A stretch of DNA of 49,717 nt from Vicinamibacteraceae bacterium. GTDB taxonomy: Bacteria; Acidobacteriota; Vicinamibacteria; Vicinamibacterales; JAFNAJ01. A program made the position numbers and the translations under genes. Of this stretch, positions 34,241 through 44,990 are shown piece by piece (the first letter of the stretch is position 1; each line of letters begins with the position of its first letter). The notes below the pieces were generated by a model. That model was not told the origin of the DNA and did no database searches. It saw nothing but the letters and a program-made list of their open reading frames with translations. The stretch spans positions 13,339 through 63,055 of the forward strand of contig JAHDVQ010000006.1 in assembly GCA_023384595.1 (NCBI GenBank), given 5' to 3'.

Positions 34241-37200
34241 GTGACCGAGTTCGTCCATCTCCACCTGCACACCGAGTTCTCGCTGCTCGACGGCGCGTGC
34301 CGCATCAACGATCTGATGCAGCAGGCGGCGGCCCAGAAGGTGCCGGCGCTGGCCGTGACCGAACACGGCAACATGTTCTCGGCGGTGGCCTTCCACGACG
34401 CGGCGCGCAAGCACGGCGTGAAGCCCATCCTGGGCTGCGAGGTCTACGTCGCGCCCGGCGATCGACGGTCGCGGACCGGCACGCCGGGCGAGACGGCGAA
34501 CCACCTGGTGCTCCTCGCCGAGACGATGCAGGGGTTCCACAACCTGATCAAGCTCGTCTCGGCGGGCTACACGGAGGGCTTCTACTACAAGCCGCGCATC
34601 GACAAGGATCTGCTGGCGCAGCATGCCGAGGGGCTCATCGGCCTGAGCAGCTGCCTGAAGGGCGAGGTCGCCACCGCCCTGCGGACCGAGCAGCCGCGCA
34701 AGGCGCTCGACGCGGCCGCGGCCTACCGCGACATCCTCGGGGCACGGAACTTCTTCCTCGAGATGCAGTACCAGGGCATCGACGAGCAGCTCGTCGTCAA
34801 CCGCGGGCTGCCGTCGATTGCGGGCGAGCTCGGTCTGGCGCTGGTGTGCACCAACGACGTGCACTACCTGCGCTGCGACGATCAGAAGCCGCACGACGTG
34901 CTGCTCTGCATCGGCACCGGGAAGATGGTGCAGGACGTGCAGCGCCTCAAGTATCACGGCGACCAGTTCTACCTGAAGACGCCCGAGGAGATGGCGCGCG
35001 TCTTCGGCGAGTATCCGGAGGCGCTCGCCAACACGGTGCGCATCGCCGAGCGCTGCGACGTCACGCTCGAGAGCGGAACCTACCATCTGCCGAACTTCGA
35101 GGTGCCGGCCGGCTTCGATCTCGACGGCTACTTCGAGCACGTGGTGCGCGAGGGGTTCACGGCGCGGCTGCCCCGGCTGCGGGAGCTGGCCGGCATGGGC
35201 GTGCTCAAGCACCCGCTCTCCGACTACGACGCGCGGCTCGACTACGAGATCCGCATGATCAAGCAGATGGGGTACCCCGGGTACTTCCTGATCGTGTGGG
35301 ACTTCATCCGCTACGCGCGCGAGCAGACGATTCCCGTGGGGCCGGGCCGCGGGTCGGCCGCCGGGAGCCTCGTCGCGTGGTGCCTGCGCATCACCGACGT
35401 CGATCCCCTCGAGTTCGACCTCATCTTCGAGCGCTTCCTGAACCCGGAGCGCGTCTCGCTGCCCGACATCGACATCGACTTCTGCGAACGGCGACGGGGC
35501 GAGGTCATCGAGTACGTCACCCGCAAGTACGGGCGCGAGAACGTGGCGCAGATCATCACGTTCGGGACCATGAAGGCGCGGGCGGCGGTGCGTGACGTCG
35601 GGCGCGTGCTCAACATGCCGTACGGCGAGGTGGACCGCGTCGCCAAGCTCATTCCGGCGACACTCGACATGAAACTCGAGAAGGCGCTCGCGGAGACGCC
35701 GGCGCTGCGCGAGCTCGAGACGGCGGACCCGGCCGTGAAGGAGCTGCTCGCGGTCGCGCAGCGCCTCGAGGGCATGGCGCGCCATCCGTCGGTGCACGCG
35801 GCCGGCGTGGTCATCGCCCCGAAGGCCATCACCGAGTTCGCGCCGCTCTACAAGTCGCCGAAGGACGAAATCACCACGCAGTGGCCCATGAAGGAGGTCG
35901 AGCGCGTCGGTCTGCTCAAGATGGACTTCCTCGGGCTGTCGACGCTCACGCTCATCGACGACTGCCTGAAGGAGATCGCCAGGACGACGGGCGAGACCAT
36001 CGACATCGACACCGTTCCGCTCGACGACCAGAAGACGCTCCAGCTGTTCGCCGACGCGCAGACGCTCGGCGTGTTCCAGTTCGAGAGCGGCGGCATGCGC
36101 GACCAGCTGCGGCGCGCCCGGCCGCAGCGATTCGACGACCTGATCGCGCTCAACGCGCTCTACCGGCCCGGCCCGCTCAAGGGCGGCGTCGTCGACGACT
36201 TCATCGAGCGCCGTCACGGCAAGAAGCAGATCGAGTACGAGGTGCCGCAGCTCGAGCCCATCCTGCGCGACACCTACGGCGTCATCGCCTACCAGGAACA
36301 GGTGATGCGCATTGCGCGCGATCTCGGCGGCTTCACCATGGGCGAGGCCGACGTGCTGCGCAAGGCGATGGGGAAGAAGGACCCCGCCGTGATGCAGGCG
36401 CAGCGCGAGCGCTTCGTGTCGGGGGCCGTCGCCCAGGGCATTCCCGGGAAGAAGGCGACGAAGATCTTCGACTTCATGGAGTTCTTCGCTGGCTACGGCT
36501 TCAACAAGTCGCACTCGACGACCTACGCCTACGTCGCCTACCAGACCGGCTGGCTCAAGGCGCACTACCCGCGGCACTTCATGGCGGCGCTGCTCACCAT
36601 CGAGTCGGGCAACACCGAGAAGCTCGCCATGTACCTCGGCGAGTGCCGCGACCTCGGCGTGCCGGTCCTCGCGCCCGACATCAACCGCAGCGCGCTGGCC
36701 TTCACCGTGGAGGAGGCCGGCGTCCGCTACGGCCTCGGCGCCGTGCGCAACGTCGGCGAGGGGGCCGTCCAGGCGTTGCTCGAAGCGCGCGGCCAGATGG
36801 GCCGCGTCGACTCGCTGTTCACGCTGTGCGAGGCGCTCGACCTGCGCACCGTCAACAAGCGCGTGCTCGAGAGCCTGGTCAAGGCCGGCACCTTCGACGC
36901 GCTCTCGCACGGCACGCCCGGCTGGGAGACGCTGCCCGTCGGCACGAGGCGTGCCCGGCTGATGGCCACGCTCGATCGGGCCATCGAGCAGGGCGCCCGC
37001 ACGCAGCGCGACCGGGCCAAGGGGCAGAGCGCCCTCTTCGGTGGCGACGACGAGCCGGGCATGGTCGTCCGGCTCGCCGAAGCGGAGCCCTGGCCCGAGG
37101 CGCAGCAGCTCGCCTTCGAGAAGGAGGCTCTCGGACTGTACCTGAGCGGCCATCCGCTCTCGCGGTTCGCCGACGATCTTCGCGCGTTCGGCGCCAGGAC

Positions 37201-37729
37201 GACCGCCGACCTGACCGAGTCGATGCCCGACATGAGCCTGGGCGGGATCATCGGCGCGCTGCGGCTCTCCACCACGCGGAAGGGCGACCCGATGGCGTCC
37301 TTCGCCCTCGAGGACGAACTCGGGGCCGTCGACGTGGTCGTCTACCCGGAGACGTTCAGGCAGTCCAGGCAGGTCATTGCGGCCGACGCCATGGTGGTGG
37401 TCCGCGGCAAGTTCGAGCGCGACGACGAGTCGGCGCGGATCGTGGCCGGCGAGGTGCTGGCGCTCTCGACGGTGCGGGAGCGGCTGTCGCGCGAGGTCGC
37501 CATCAGGCTCGCGGCGCCGCCGCACGGGCGCCAGACCTTCGAGGCGCTGGCCGAGGTCCTGACCCGCCACCGCGGCGATCGGCGCGTCCGCGTCGAACTC
37601 GAGGTGGCGCACGACGCGGAGCGGTGGCGGCTCGTCGCCGAAGTGCCGCAGGTGCGCGTGCGGCCGTCGGAGCGGCTGGTCGCCGACGTCGAACAGGTCT
37701 GCGGGCGGGGCAGCGTGACCCTGCGATGA
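34241..37729 (+). CDS. dnaE: DNA polymerase III alpha subunit
   Basis: FVHLHLHTEFSLLDG, GPGRGSAAGS, FERFLNPER, PDIDIDF, KMDFLGL, GYGFNKSH and QSALF clamp motif. Confidence 0.98.
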   Translation: MTEFVHLHLHTEFSLLDGACRINDLMQQAAAQKVPALAVTEHGNMFSAVAFHDAARKHGVKPILGCEVYVAPGDRRSRTGTPGETANHLVLLAETMQGFHNLIKLVSAGYTEGFYYKPRIDKDLLAQHAEGLIGLSSCLKGEVATALRTEQPRKALDAAAAYRDILGARNFFLEMQYQGIDEQLVVNRGLPSIAGELGLALVCTNDVHYLRCDDQKPHDVLLCIGTGKMVQDVQRLKYHGDQFYLKTPEEMARVFGEYPEALANTVRIAERCDVTLESGTYHLPNFEVPAGFDLDGYFEHVVREGFTARLPRLRELAGMGVLKHPLSDYDARLDYEIRMIKQMGYPGYFLIVWDFIRYAREQTIPVGPGRGSAAGSLVAWCLRITDVDPLEFDLIFERFLNPERVSLPDIDIDFCERRRGEVIEYVTRKYGRENVAQIITFGTMKARAAVRDVGRVLNMPYGEVDRVAKLIPATLDMKLEKALAETPALRELETADPAVKELLAVAQRLEGMARHPSVHAAGVVIAPKAITEFAPLYKSPKDEITTQWPMKEVERVGLLKMDFLGLSTLTLIDDCLKEIARTTGETIDIDTVPLDDQKTLQLFADAQTLGVFQFESGGMRDQLRRARPQRFDDLIALNALYRPGPLKGGVVDDFIERRHGKKQIEYEVPQLEPILRDTYGVIAYQEQVMRIARDLGGFTMGEADVLRKAMGKKDPAVMQAQRERFVSGAVAQGIPGKKATKIFDFMEFFAGYGFNKSHSTTYAYVAYQTGWLKAHYPRHFMAALLTIESGNTEKLAMYLGECRDLGVPVLAPDINRSALAFTVEEAGVRYGLGAVRNVGEGAVQALLEARGQMGRVDSLFTLCEALDLRTVNKRVLESLVKAGTFDALSHGTPGWETLPVGTRRARLMATLDRAIEQGARTQRDRAKGQSALFGGDDEPGMVVRLAEAEPWPEAQQLAFEKEALGLYLSGHPLSRFADDLRAFGARTTADLTESMPDMSLGGIIGALRLSTTRKGDPMASFALEDELGAVDVVVYPETFRQSRQVIAADAMVVVRGKFERDDESARIVAGEVLALSTVRERLSREVAIRLAAPPHGRQTFEALAEVLTRHRGDRRVRVELEVAHDAERWRLVAEVPQVRVRPSERLVADVEQVCGRGSVTLR

Positions 37730-37755
37730 GGCCCGCCGCCTCTCGTCGATGGCCT

Positions 37756-37780
37756 CCGGATGCCGGACGCCGGACGCCGG
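37756..37780 (+). repeat. Short heptamer tandem repeat (CCGGAYG, about 3.5 copies)
   Basis: CCGGATG CCGGACG CCGGACG CCGG in the dnaE-accA gap. Confidence 0.5.
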
Positions 37781-37799
37781 TGGCCTGAAAGGAGATCCC

Positions 37800-38768
37800 G
37801 TGGCATCGGAACTGCTCGAGTTCGAAGAGCCCATTGGCGTGCTGCAGAAGGAGATCGAGGCGCTCAGCATGATGCCCTCGACCGAGCAGCGCGCCGCCGA
37901 GATCGCGAGCCTCGAGCGCCGCATCGCGCAGATCCGGCAGGAGCTGTACGCGAACCTGAGCGCGTGGCAGCGCGTGCTCGTGGCGCGCCATCCCAACCGG
38001 CCCTACACGCTCGACTACGTCGATCGACTGTTCTCGGACTTCGACGAGATCCACGGCGACCGGCGGTACGCCGATGACCAGGCCATCGTGTGCGGATTCG
38101 CGCGCTACCGCGACACGCCGGTGCTCGTGTGCGGCCACCAGAAAGGGCGCGACACGAAGAGCAAGGTCGCGCGCAACTTCGGCTACGCGCGGCCCGAGGG
38201 CTACCGGAAGGCCCTGCGCGCGATGCAGCTCGCCGAGAAGTTCCGGCGCCCCGTCATTGTGTTCGTCGACACGCCCGCGGCCTATCCGGGCATCGAGTCC
38301 GAGGAGCGCGGCATCGCCGAGGCCATCGCGTTCAACCTGCGCGAGATGGCGGTGCTGGCCGCGCCCATCGTGGTCGTCATCGCGGGCGAGGGCGGAAGCG
38401 GCGGCGCCCTCGGGCTCGCCGTCGGGGATCGCATCCTGATGCAGGAGTTCGCCGTCTACAGCGTGATCCCGCCGGAGGGCTGCGCCGCCATTCTTTGGCG
38501 TGACGCGGCGCGCAAGGTCGAGGCGGCCGAGGCTCTCAAGATCACCGCGCCCGATCTGCTCGGCCGGGGCATCATCGACGAGATCATCCCCGAGCCCAAC
38601 GGCGGGGCGCACAACGACTGGGACGCCGCCGTGGCCAGCGTGGACCAGGCCCTCTCGCGCGCCCTGGCGGAGGTGGTCGCGCTCGACCCCGACACACGCC
38701 TCGAGCGGCGCTACGAGAAGTTCCGGAGGATGGGCCGGCTGGGCGACGAGATCGCCGGCGGGGCCTGA
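37800..38768 (+). CDS. accA: Acetyl-CoA carboxylase carboxyltransferase alpha subunit
   Basis: LEFEEPI, ARHPNRP, HGDR, GHQKGRDT, PEGYRKA, DTPAAYPG and GEGGSGGAL. AAGGAG RBS before GTG 37800. Confidence 0.97.
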   Translation: MASELLEFEEPIGVLQKEIEALSMMPSTEQRAAEIASLERRIAQIRQELYANLSAWQRVLVARHPNRPYTLDYVDRLFSDFDEIHGDRRYADDQAIVCGFARYRDTPVLVCGHQKGRDTKSKVARNFGYARPEGYRKALRAMQLAEKFRRPVIVFVDTPAAYPGIESEERGIAEAIAFNLREMAVLAAPIVVVIAGEGGSGGALGLAVGDRILMQEFAVYSVIPPEGCAAILWRDAARKVEAAEALKITAPDLLGRGIIDEIIPEPNGGAHNDWDAAVASVDQALSRALAEVVALDPDTRLERRYEKFRRMGRLGDEIAGGA

Positions 38769-38771
38769 GGC

Positions 38772-40544
38772 ATGCGCCCCCGCCTCTGGCAGCCCGTGCC
38801 CGCCGACGACGCGGCCGCGGCCCGTCTCGAAGGGGCGCTCGGCCTCGATCCGGTCATCGCGCGGCTGCTCGTCCAGCGGGGGCTCGCCGACCCCGACGCG
38901 GCCCACCGCTTCCTGCATCCGTCGATCGAGCATCTGCACGATCCGTACGCGCTCACCGGCGTTCGCGCGGCCGTGGATCGGCTGCTCACCGCCATCGAGC
39001 GGCAGGAGCTCGTCGCCATCCACGGCGACTACGACGTGGACGGCATCACGTCGACCGTGATGCTGCGCCGCGCCCTCGAGCTGCTCGGCGGACGGGTGTC
39101 GCACTTCATCCCGGAGCGCCTGCGAGACGGCTACGGGCTGCAGGTCGCCGCCATCGATCGGCTGCACGCCGAGGGCGTGCGCCTCGTCGTGTCGGTGGAC
39201 TGCGGCATCCGCAGCCTCGACGCGGGCCGCCGCGCGCGCGAGCTCGGGATGGATCTCATCGTCACGGATCATCACGAGCCCGAGGGCGAGCTGCCGGCGG
39301 CGCTCGCCGTCATCAACCCGAAGCGCCACGATTGCGGGTATCCGGAGAAGATGCTGGCGGGCGTCGGCGTCACGCTGAAGATCGTGCAGGCGCTGTGCCT
39401 CGAGCGGGGCCGCCAGCACTGGCTGCCCGGCTTCCTGAAGCTCGCGGCGCTCGGGACGCTGGCCGACGTCGTGCCGCTCACGGGTGAGAACCGCGTGATC
39501 GCGCACCTCGGGCTGGCCGGGCTCTCGTCGCCACGGCACACGGCGGGCCTGCGGGCGCTGCTCGAGAGTGCCGAGCTCCAGGGACGCCGCGTCGACGCCT
39601 ACCACGTCTCGTTCGTCCTCGCGCCGCGCATCAACGCGGCCGGGCGCATGAGTTCTCCCGACGTGGCCGCGAGGCTCCTGCTCGCGTGCGACGAGGCCCA
39701 GCTGCCCGAGGCCCGCACGCTCGCGCAACAACTGCACGAGGAGAACCGGCGGCGGCAGGAGGAAGAGGCCGCCATCCTGGCCGCGGCCCGGCGCCTCGTC
39801 GACTCCGATCCGGACATCGGCGCGCACAACGTGCTCGTCGTGAGCGGGCAGGGGTGGCACCGGGGCGTCGTGGGCATCGTGGCGTCGAAGCTGGTCGACG
39901 CCTATTGCCGGCCCGCGGTCGTCATCGCCGTCGACGGCGACACGGCGCACGGGTCCTGCCGGAGCATCCCGGGGTTCGACATGCTCGGGGCGCTGGAGCG
40001 GTGCGCGGATCTCTTCGAGCGGTTCGGGGGCCATCGTCAGGCCGCAGGGCTCACGATGGAGGCGGCGCGCGTGCCCGAGCTCAGACGCCGCCTGGCCGCG
40101 TGGGCCAACGAGGTGCTGGGGCCCGACGACCTGCGGCCCCGGCTGCGCATCGACTCGCCGCTGAGGCTCGGTGCCATCGGGCCGGCGTTCGTCCGCGACC
40201 TCGCACGGCTGGCGCCCTTCGGGATGGGCAACGCAAGGCCGGTGTTCGCGACCTACGGCGCCGAGGTGTCCGCGGGACCGACGCTGCTCAAGGAACGTCA
40301 TCTGTGCCTCTCGGTGGCCCAGGACGGCCGGGTGTTCCGCGCCATCGCGTGGCGCGCCGCCGAACACCTCGACCTGGTCGCGGCACACCGCCGCGGCCTC
40401 GACCTGGCCTACACCCTGGAAGAGAACACCTATCGCGGCGAGTCGAGCCTCGAGCTGAGGCTCGAGGACCTGAGGGGCGCGCCCGTCCCGGCGGCCGCCA
40501 CCGCGGCCGACGCCGCATCGCCGGCCGATGCGCGGGTCGAGTAG
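38772..40544 (+). CDS. recJ: Single-stranded-DNA exonuclease RecJ
   Basis: GDYDVDG, VDCG, TDHH, PRINAAGR, GVVGIVAS and FGGHRQAAG; PFGMGN. Confidence 0.96.
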   Translation: MRPRLWQPVPADDAAAARLEGALGLDPVIARLLVQRGLADPDAAHRFLHPSIEHLHDPYALTGVRAAVDRLLTAIERQELVAIHGDYDVDGITSTVMLRRALELLGGRVSHFIPERLRDGYGLQVAAIDRLHAEGVRLVVSVDCGIRSLDAGRRARELGMDLIVTDHHEPEGELPAALAVINPKRHDCGYPEKMLAGVGVTLKIVQALCLERGRQHWLPGFLKLAALGTLADVVPLTGENRVIAHLGLAGLSSPRHTAGLRALLESAELQGRRVDAYHVSFVLAPRINAAGRMSSPDVAARLLLACDEAQLPEARTLAQQLHEENRRRQEEEAAILAAARRLVDSDPDIGAHNVLVVSGQGWHRGVVGIVASKLVDAYCRPAVVIAVDGDTAHGSCRSIPGFDMLGALERCADLFERFGGHRQAAGLTMEAARVPELRRRLAAWANEVLGPDDLRPRLRIDSPLRLGAIGPAFVRDLARLAPFGMGNARPVFATYGAEVSAGPTLLKERHLCLSVAQDGRVFRAIAWRAAEHLDLVAAHRRGLDLAYTLEENTYRGESSLELRLEDLRGAPVPAAATAADAASPADARVE

Positions 40545-40580
40545 GATCAACAGGATCCGGTCCTGCCCGGCGCACGCCTC

Positions 40581-42782
40581 GTGCGGCAGGGTGGGCCGAT
40601 CGCACAGGATTCCGTGACCCGCTGGCAGCGTCCCCTCCGCCTCGGCCTGGCCGTGTTCGCCGTCGTCTTCGCCGTCGCGGTCTATTTCGCGATCGGGCGC
40701 CGGCCGGCCGCGCCGTCCGGGGCCACGTCACCGAGATCCGACCCCAAGGCAGTACTCGAAAGCGAGGGAGGTGTCACACAGATCGCCTCGAAGACCCGCC
40801 AGGACTTCCAGGTGAAGTACGGGCGCATGGCCGTGTACGAGGACGGCACGACCCGTTTCGAGCAGATCGAAGTCCTCGTGCCGCAACGTGGCGGCCGCGA
40901 CTACACGATCACGGCCTCGAGCGGCGTGGTCGCCGACAACCAGAACGACATCGCCCTCGAAGGCCAGGTGAAGCTCACCACCACCGACGGTCTCGTCGTC
41001 GACACCGAGGCGGCGTCGTTCGAGCGGACCGAGGGCATGCTGCGCATTCCCGGGGCCATGGCGTTCTCGCGGCGGGGCCTGCGCGGACGTTCGGTGGGCG
41101 CCACCTACGATCAGCAGCGTGAGGTGCTGTGGCTGCTCGACCGCGCCGAGGTCGACATGACGGCCGAGAAGGGGGCGCCGGCGACGAAGATCCGGTCGGG
41201 CTCGGCGGGCTTCGCGCAGCGGGATCGGTATTTCCGGTTCGAGCGCGACGTCGTGATGACGCGCGGCGGACAGACGATCACCGCCGACGGGGCCGTCGCC
41301 CACTTGCAGCCCGAGGCCGACGTGCTGCAGATGATCGAACTGCGCGGCCGCTCGCGGGTGACCGGCGCGGCGGCGAGTGCCCTCGAGGCGATGACGGCCA
41401 ACGACATCAACCTCGCGTACGGCGAGGACGGCGCGACGCTCCAGCGGGCCACGCTCGCGGGAGCGGCGAGCCTGCGGCTGGCCGGGGCCGGAGGGCAGGG
41501 CACGCGGCGGCTCGAGGCCGAGTGGATGGACATCGGCCTCAGTCCCGACGGGCGCCTCGCGACGTTCATCGCGGCCCGGGAGCGCGTGGCGCTCGATCTC
41601 CCGGCGGGCGAGGGCGCGCCCGCGCGCCGCATCACCTCGGTCACGCTCGATGCGGCGGGCCCGCCCGACCAGGGCATCACCACGGCCCGCTTCGCTGAGA
41701 ACGTGGAGTTCCGGGAGCGCGTGCCGGCCGCAGCGGGGCGTCCCGCCTCGGAGCGCGTCGCGCGATCGCGCACGCTCGATACGGTGGTGGCCCCGGGCTT
41801 CGGCGCCATCGAGGCCGCGAACTTCGTGGGCGACGTGCGGTTCATCGACGGCGCCCTCGAGGGCCAGGCGCCGGACGCGACGTACAACGTGGCCAAGGGC
41901 GCGCTGCGCCTGCAGGGCGCCGCGCGCAGTGCGGCCGGCGGACAGACCGCGCGGCTGGTGGACGAGCGGGCCGACATCGACGCCGAGCGCATCGACGTCG
42001 CCCTCGAGGGCGGCGATCTCACCGCGACGGGCGGCGTCCGCTCGGTGCTGAAGTCCAGCCGCGACGATGGGGACGCGCGCGACGGCGGGCGAACGGCTCG
42101 CCGGCCGTCGATGCTCAAGGCGGACCAGCCGACCAATGTGACCGCCGATCGTCTCGTCTACGAGAAGGAGACCGGCCGGGCCACCTACACGGGGGATGCG
42201 CGGCTCTGGCAGGGCGAGACAGCCGTGCAGGCACCGACGATCGCGCTCGACGAGGTGCGGGGCAACCTGCGGGCCGAGGGCGGGGTGAAGTCGACGCTGC
42301 GGCTGCAGGACGCCGGTGAGGCGGGCGAGGCTCGGACGTCGGTGCTGACCGCGCAGACGCTGCTCTACGAGGAAGAGGAGCGGCGGGCCACCTACACGAC
42401 CGACGCCAGGATGGTGGGGCCCGAGGGCGACGTGCGCGCCGACCGGATCGAGTTGTACCTCGACGAGTCGGGCGAGGCCCTCGATCGCGCCGAGGCCTAC
42501 GATCGCGTCGTGCTGCGCGCCGACGTCTCGTCGGCGCGCGGCGACGTGCACCAGCGCGTGTCGTGGGGCGAGCGCCTGACGTACTTCGCCCGCGATGGCC
42601 GCTACGTGATGAGCGGACCCGAGGTCGTCATCCAGGAGCAGCGGCCCGCTGAATGCGTGGAAACTAAAGGCAAAACGTTGACTTTCTACAGATCGGCCGA
42701 TACGATTCTCATCGACGGCAACGCACAACGCCGCACCGAATCGACGACCACGGGCAAGTGCCCGGGCCAGCCCACGCGCTGA
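40581..42782 (+). CDS. LptC/LptA(OstA)-family fusion: membrane-anchored multi-beta-jellyroll LPS transport protein
   Basis: Single N-terminal TM, then about 690 aa of repeating beta-strand units ([44 protein letters not shown]). Stop overlaps the lptB start. Alternative GTG near 40614. Confidence 0.75.
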   Translation: MRQGGPIAQDSVTRWQRPLRLGLAVFAVVFAVAVYFAIGRRPAAPSGATSPRSDPKAVLESEGGVTQIASKTRQDFQVKYGRMAVYEDGTTRFEQIEVLVPQRGGRDYTITASSGVVADNQNDIALEGQVKLTTTDGLVVDTEAASFERTEGMLRIPGAMAFSRRGLRGRSVGATYDQQREVLWLLDRAEVDMTAEKGAPATKIRSGSAGFAQRDRYFRFERDVVMTRGGQTITADGAVAHLQPEADVLQMIELRGRSRVTGAAASALEAMTANDINLAYGEDGATLQRATLAGAASLRLAGAGGQGTRRLEAEWMDIGLSPDGRLATFIAARERVALDLPAGEGAPARRITSVTLDAAGPPDQGITTARFAENVEFRERVPAAAGRPASERVARSRTLDTVVAPGFGAIEAANFVGDVRFIDGALEGQAPDATYNVAKGALRLQGAARSAAGGQTARLVDERADIDAERIDVALEGGDLTATGGVRSVLKSSRDDGDARDGGRTARRPSMLKADQPTNVTADRLVYEKETGRATYTGDARLWQGETAVQAPTIALDEVRGNLRAEGGVKSTLRLQDAGEAGEARTSVLTAQTLLYEEEERRATYTTDARMVGPEGDVRADRIELYLDESGEALDRAEAYDRVVLRADVSSARGDVHQRVSWGERLTYFARDGRYVMSGPEVVIQEQRPAECVETKGKTLTFYRSADTILIDGNAQRRTESTTTGKCPGQPTR
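42661..42706 (+). promoter_or_regulatory. Intragenic sigma70-type promoter with A-rich upstream element, before lptB-rpoN
   Basis: AAACTAAAGGCAAAAC, TTGACT (42678-42683), 17-nt spacer, TACGAT (42701-42706). Confidence 0.65.
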
Positions 42783-43507
42783 TGGCGACGCTCCGGACAC
42801 TCGCGCTCACGAAGTCGTACGGCGGGCGGACGGTCGTCCGCGGCGTCAACCTCGACGTCCAGTCCGGTGAAGTCGTGGGGCTGCTCGGTCCGAACGGCGC
42901 CGGGAAGACCACGACGTTCTACATGTGCGTCGGGCTCACGGCGCCCGATGCGGGGCGCGTCGAGCTCGACGGGGCCGACATCACCTCGGATCCCATGTAC
43001 GTGCGGGCCCGGAAAGGGCTCGCGTACCTGCCGCAGGAGCCCTCGGTCTTCCGCGGGCTGACCGTCGAACAGAACATCCTGGCCATCCTCGAGACGCTCG
43101 ACCTCGACGCCGCGGCGCGGCGCGCGCGGCTGCGCGAGCTCGTCGCCGAGCTCGGGCTCTCACAGGTGGCCCGCTCGCGCGGCTACCAGCTCTCGGGAGG
43201 GGAGCGGCGCCGCGTGGAGATCACCCGCGCGCTGGTGCTCTCGCCGAAGTTCATCCTGCTCGACGAGCCGTTTGCCGGCATCGATCCGATTGCCGTGACC
43301 GACATTCAGAAGATCATTTTCCACTTGAAAGAACGGGGCATCGGCGTTCTCATCACCGACCACAACGTGCGGGAGACCTTGCGCATCACGGACCGGGCGT
43401 ATATCGTGCATGACGGTGTCATCTTCCGGAGCGGCACGCCCGTCGAACTCGCCGCCGACGAGGATGTCAAGCGAATTTATCTCGGTGCCGATTTCCGTCT
43501 CGACTAG
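42782..43507 (+). CDS. lptB: LPS export ABC transporter ATP-binding protein
   Basis: [53 protein letters not shown] and YLG. Confidence 0.96.
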   Translation: MATLRTLALTKSYGGRTVVRGVNLDVQSGEVVGLLGPNGAGKTTTFYMCVGLTAPDAGRVELDGADITSDPMYVRARKGLAYLPQEPSVFRGLTVEQNILAILETLDLDAAARRARLRELVAELGLSQVARSRGYQLSGGERRRVEITRALVLSPKFILLDEPFAGIDPIAVTDIQKIIFHLKERGIGVLITDHNVRETLRITDRAYIVHDGVIFRSGTPVELAADEDVKRIYLGADFRLD

Positions 43508-43547
43508 CGGATAAAGGGGTAGACTTCGGGCAACGTTCCGATTCGAC

Positions 43548-44981
43548 ATGGCCATCTCGCAGAAACTCCACACGAAGCTCGTCCAGAAGCTGATTCTGAC
43601 GCCGTCATTGCAGCAGGCCATCAAGCTGCTGCCGATGTCGACCATCGAGCTCGCCGATCTCCTCAACCAGGAGATGGTGGAGAACCCCATGCTCGAGGAA
43701 GTGCCGGTCGAGGAGCTGCAGGCCACCGAGGCGACGGCGAACACCGACAAGGCCGAGCCCGAGCCCGAGGCCGCGCCCGCCAAGGCCGACACCTGGGACG
43801 ACAGCGACTACGAGTACTTCTTCGGCGATTACCTCGACGACGGCTATCGTCCGAAGGCGCCGACCGAGGTCAAGGAACTGCCGCCGATCGAGAACACGCT
43901 CTCGACCTCGTCGTCGCTCTCCGATCATCTCCTCTGGCAGCTGTCGCTGCAGACCGACGACCCTCTCGTGCGCGAGATCGGACTCGCGGTCATCGGCAAC
44001 ATCGACGACGACGGCTACCTGGTGGCCTCGGTGGACGAGATTGCCGCCATGGGCGACTGGGCGGCGGCCGACGTCGAGCGCGTGCTGGCCCTCGTGCAGC
44101 AGTTCGACCCGGTGGGCGTGGCCGCGCGCGACCTGCAGGAGTGCCTGACGCTGCAGCTGCGGCACCTGGGCCTCGAGGGCACGCCGAGCGAGCGCATCGT
44201 CAGCGATCACCTGCGGCTGCTGCAGAACCACCAGGTGCCCGAGCTGGCGCGGCGGCTGGGCCTGGCGGTCGACGAGCTCAAGACGCACATCGACATCATC
44301 CGCGAGCTCGATCCCAAGCCCGGGAGCAAGTACAACCCCTCGCAGTCGCAGTACGTCATCCCTGACGTCTACGTGGTCAAGGTCGAGGACCAGTACGTCG
44401 CGGTGCTGAACGAGGAGGGGCTCCCGCAGCTGCGCATCAGCCCCGTGTACCGGCGGCTGCTCGACAAGAACAACGAGGCGAGCGACGAGACGCGCGCCTA
44501 CGTGAAGGACAAGTTCCGGTCGGCACTCTGGCTGATCAAGTCGGTCGACCAGCGCCAGAAGACGATCCACAAGGTCGCGACGAGCATCATCAACTTCCAG
44601 CGCGACTTCCTCGACCACGGCATCGAGCACCTGCGGCCGCTGGTCCTGCGCGACGTGGCCAACGACATCGGGATGCACGAGTCGACGGTCAGCCGCGTCG
44701 TGAACAACAAGTACATGCACACGCCCCAGGGCGTGTTCGAGATGAAGTTCTTCTTCCACAGCGGCATCAGCAGCTCGTTCGGCGAGAGCGTCTCGTCGGT
44801 GACGATCAAGCAGCGGATCCGCAAGATCGTCGAGGGCGAGGACCCGCGCAAGCCGCTCTCCGACTCGAAGATCGTCAGCATCCTGCAGAACGAGGGGCTG
44901 ATCCTCGCGCGCCGCACCATCGCGAAGTATCGCGAGGAGCTCAAGATCCCGACCTCGAACCAGCGCAAGGTCCTCTACTGA
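43548..44981 (+). CDS. rpoN: RNA polymerase sigma-54 factor
   Basis: LTPSLQQAIKLL, ENPMLE, HESTVSR, PLSD and RpoN box ARRTIAKYRE. Confidence 0.98.
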   Translation: MAISQKLHTKLVQKLILTPSLQQAIKLLPMSTIELADLLNQEMVENPMLEEVPVEELQATEATANTDKAEPEPEAAPAKADTWDDSDYEYFFGDYLDDGYRPKAPTEVKELPPIENTLSTSSSLSDHLLWQLSLQTDDPLVREIGLAVIGNIDDDGYLVASVDEIAAMGDWAAADVERVLALVQQFDPVGVAARDLQECLTLQLRHLGLEGTPSERIVSDHLRLLQNHQVPELARRLGLAVDELKTHIDIIRELDPKPGSKYNPSQSQYVIPDVYVVKVEDQYVAVLNEEGLPQLRISPVYRRLLDKNNEASDETRAYVKDKFRSALWLIKSVDQRQKTIHKVATSIINFQRDFLDHGIEHLRPLVLRDVANDIGMHESTVSRVVNNKYMHTPQGVFEMKFFFHSGISSSFGESVSSVTIKQRIRKIVEGEDPRKPLSDSKIVSILQNEGLILARRTIAKYREELKIPTSNQRKVLY

Positions 44982-44990
44982 GGAGTCTCC

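Noticed and set aside
32623-34428. N-terminal extension of ORF 31348..34428
   Set aside because: Antisense shadow of guaA and dnaE; only the propeller part is credible.
34241-37729. Possible intein or split in dnaE
   Set aside because: Normal length (1162 aa) with contiguous motifs; no intein termini or endonuclease motifs seen.
34196-40550. Long minus-strand ORFs (1266 aa and 1015 aa) and similar ones at 2308, 15321, 19286, 26728 (5' part), 43605 and 46452
   Set aside because: Antisense shadows of well-supported genes caused by strong GC3 bias; no recognisable motifs.
40772-40800. Second TGTCACA heptamer inside the lpt fusion gene
   Set aside because: No CACT or CGTC at 16-nt spacing, and no gene start downstream.
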